This document shows, one piece after another, positions 62,373 to 64,000 of a stretch of 64,000 nt of DNA (the stretch's first letter is position 1; each line of letters begins with the position of its first letter). The translations under genes and the position numbers were made by a program. Below the pieces are notes generated by a model that was given only the letters and a program-made list of their open reading frames with translations, had not been told where the DNA came from and did no database searches. Source of the stretch: Pseudovirgaria hyperparasitica (lineage: Eukaryota); NCBI GenBank assembly GCA_010093815.1, contig ML996568.1; one strand, written 5' to 3'.

Positions 62373-64000
62373 TTGATTATGATGGTGATGATGTTGGCTG
62401 TGATGGCCCTGAGACTGGTGACTATGTGCCTGGTGGTGGTTCTGCGGGGGATTGTTTTGCGTCAAGTTTGACATATCCTCAACGTCGACATCACCTTCCG
62501 CATCCTCGTCATCCCCCTCACCGTCAAAGTCGTTGTTCGCATCGTCATCCATCACGCTGTCTGACGTTGCCGTGGTAGATATCGAGGGGATGATGGATCG
62601 TGATGAGGTTTTGGACAAGCTAGTGGAAGAGTTGCTCGTAGATACTGGTCCTGTGGTTGGGCTCACCTGCACCGATGAGTTATTGGTGGATCTACCTTTA
62701 GGTATCCTTACAGGCCCGAGCTGTGGGACAGATGATGTTGATAAGGATCGTTGCGCTTGCATTCCATTCGACTTGCTCCGGTTCTCACGGACCACATACC
62801 GCCACTTTTCGAGTAGTCGATCGTAGTCCAAGCTCATTGAGTCAACATGCTGTCCATATTGTTTCCTCAGTTCCTTGGCCATGTTTGCGGAAATGCGTGG
62901 CATGGCCGGATTTGCCTTGTCCGCGGTTGTAGGCGGGCAATTCCTCTTCAACTCGTCTATTTCCTGCTGTGCAACCTCCAATTTCGTTTGCAGGTCTCTC
63001 TGGGACTCTTGAGCGCGAGCAGAGAACCTTAACAGCTCCAACTGCCAAGCTTCCTGCTTCTGTTTCTCGGTCAATTTCTTCCAATGTGTCCAGGCAGCAG
63101 TCAAATGCGTTTTGACTTTCTGACACTCTACATCAAGGATTGGAGGTGTGGTCAGGGGTGAAGCAGACGCCGGGGTGTTTGGTGCAGTTTGCGTTGATTG
63201 TCCCAGTAAATGCTGACGTTGATAGCTGACTATGCGGTCGCGTGCTAGCTTTTGTAGAGTCTCGTGGTGCCTTTGCCCAGGTGGTTGTACGGACCAAGTG
63301 TCGTCTGCAGTAAAAGGTGTGCTGGAGAAGAGGGTCGGAGGAGTTTTCAACATATGTAGACACAGACCAGGGAAGTTGAGCGAACAGAAGTCGAATTCGA
63401 AGAGGCTAAAATTTCCACTTCGCATGCTAAAACCTTCAGTCAGTATTGAGCTTGCAGAACTTGGGTGATTGGTCATACCTTGCGTCACGGACATTCTGCA
63501 GCAGCTCTTTCAGAGCAAGCTCTGCCGCTTTGCCATTCTCCCATTCCTCGGAGAGCTTTTGTCGCTGCTCGAATTCCGTCTTTTGCTGGACGTGTCTTGA
63601 AACCTCTCGACGTCTTTCGGGCACAGTATTGATAGTGGGACGCGGGGCAAGATTGTTGATCAAGCCAGTGGCTTGCCAATTCAGCTCATTGAATCTGGTA
63701 CGGACCTTCTCATTCGGACCAAGGGTATGGGACGGTGATTCGGCTGTGATGGGCGAACCCTCGTCTCTGGCCGATTCCTGAGGTGTGGGCGCTGCTGTGG
63801 CGGGAGCCGAGTCCTCTTGCCTGGACCAGACGCCGGAAGAAGAATTCCTCACTTGCCGCCTTGTTATGCCTCCTCGTAGCTTCCGAATCTCATCTACATT
63901 ATGTATACCGTCAGGTGGCTTGGCGTTCTTGGGCTTTATGTATAGGTCAAGATGACGGCCGAGCGAGGAGGAGGTAAAGGCTTGACCGCAGTAGGGACAG
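62091..64000 (-). CDS. Conserved fungal nuclear protein with atypical Zn-finger-like motif and polyQ tail (possibly Rsf1/respiration-factor-like); 5' end outside the window
   Basis: The frame from the window edge reads CPYCGQAFTSSSLGRHLDLYIKPKNAKPPDGIHNVDEIRKLRGGITRRQ. An intron at about 63427-63477 joins ..VRDAS|MRSGNF. Coiled coil AWQLELLRFSAR, acidic tract, and His/Gln-rich C-terminus. Confidence 0.7.
62318..62374 (-). repeat. CAG/CAA repeat encoding polyglutamine (~19 Q)
   Basis: (ctg/ttg)n on the + strand, within the last CDS. Confidence 0.9.

Overview
Gene-dense, intron-containing DNA from a filamentous ascomycete (Pezizomycotina: GT..AG introns of about 50-100 nt with CTRAC/CTAAT branch points). 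About 22 protein genes can be read by splicing the sequence by eye. In order: the 5' part of a lysyl-tRNA synthetase, an F-box-like protein, a histidine phosphatase, glucose-6-phosphate 1-epimerase, Rif1, Ric8, Iks1 kinase, a Yap-type bZIP factor, a single-pass receptor-like membrane protein divergently paired with an atypical (HSPA12-type) Hsp70, a Git1-like MFS permease, a POT/PTR2 peptide transporter, Rpn7, Abd1 cap methyltransferase, Pex11, alanine aminotransferase, an Asp f 4-like secreted protein, a small helical/Myb-like protein, an AZUL-HECT E3 ligase, an HSL-family esterase and the 3' part of a polyQ zinc-finger-like protein. There is also a probable multi-exon pseudogene at 48.4-50.3 kb, a microsatellite-rich zone at 52.6-54.9 kb and a 15-N assembly gap. 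No tRNA, rRNA, transposon or CRISPR could be supported. Two things stand out. (1) The head-to-head membrane protein/atypical Hsp70 pair, where the receptor's cytoplasmic tail may be a GrpE-like partner domain (a hypothesis only). (2) The LysRS, whose frame leaves the canonical anticodon-binding-domain sequence right after PNPYPH for about 200 codons. All gene calls come from motif recognition; no database search was run.
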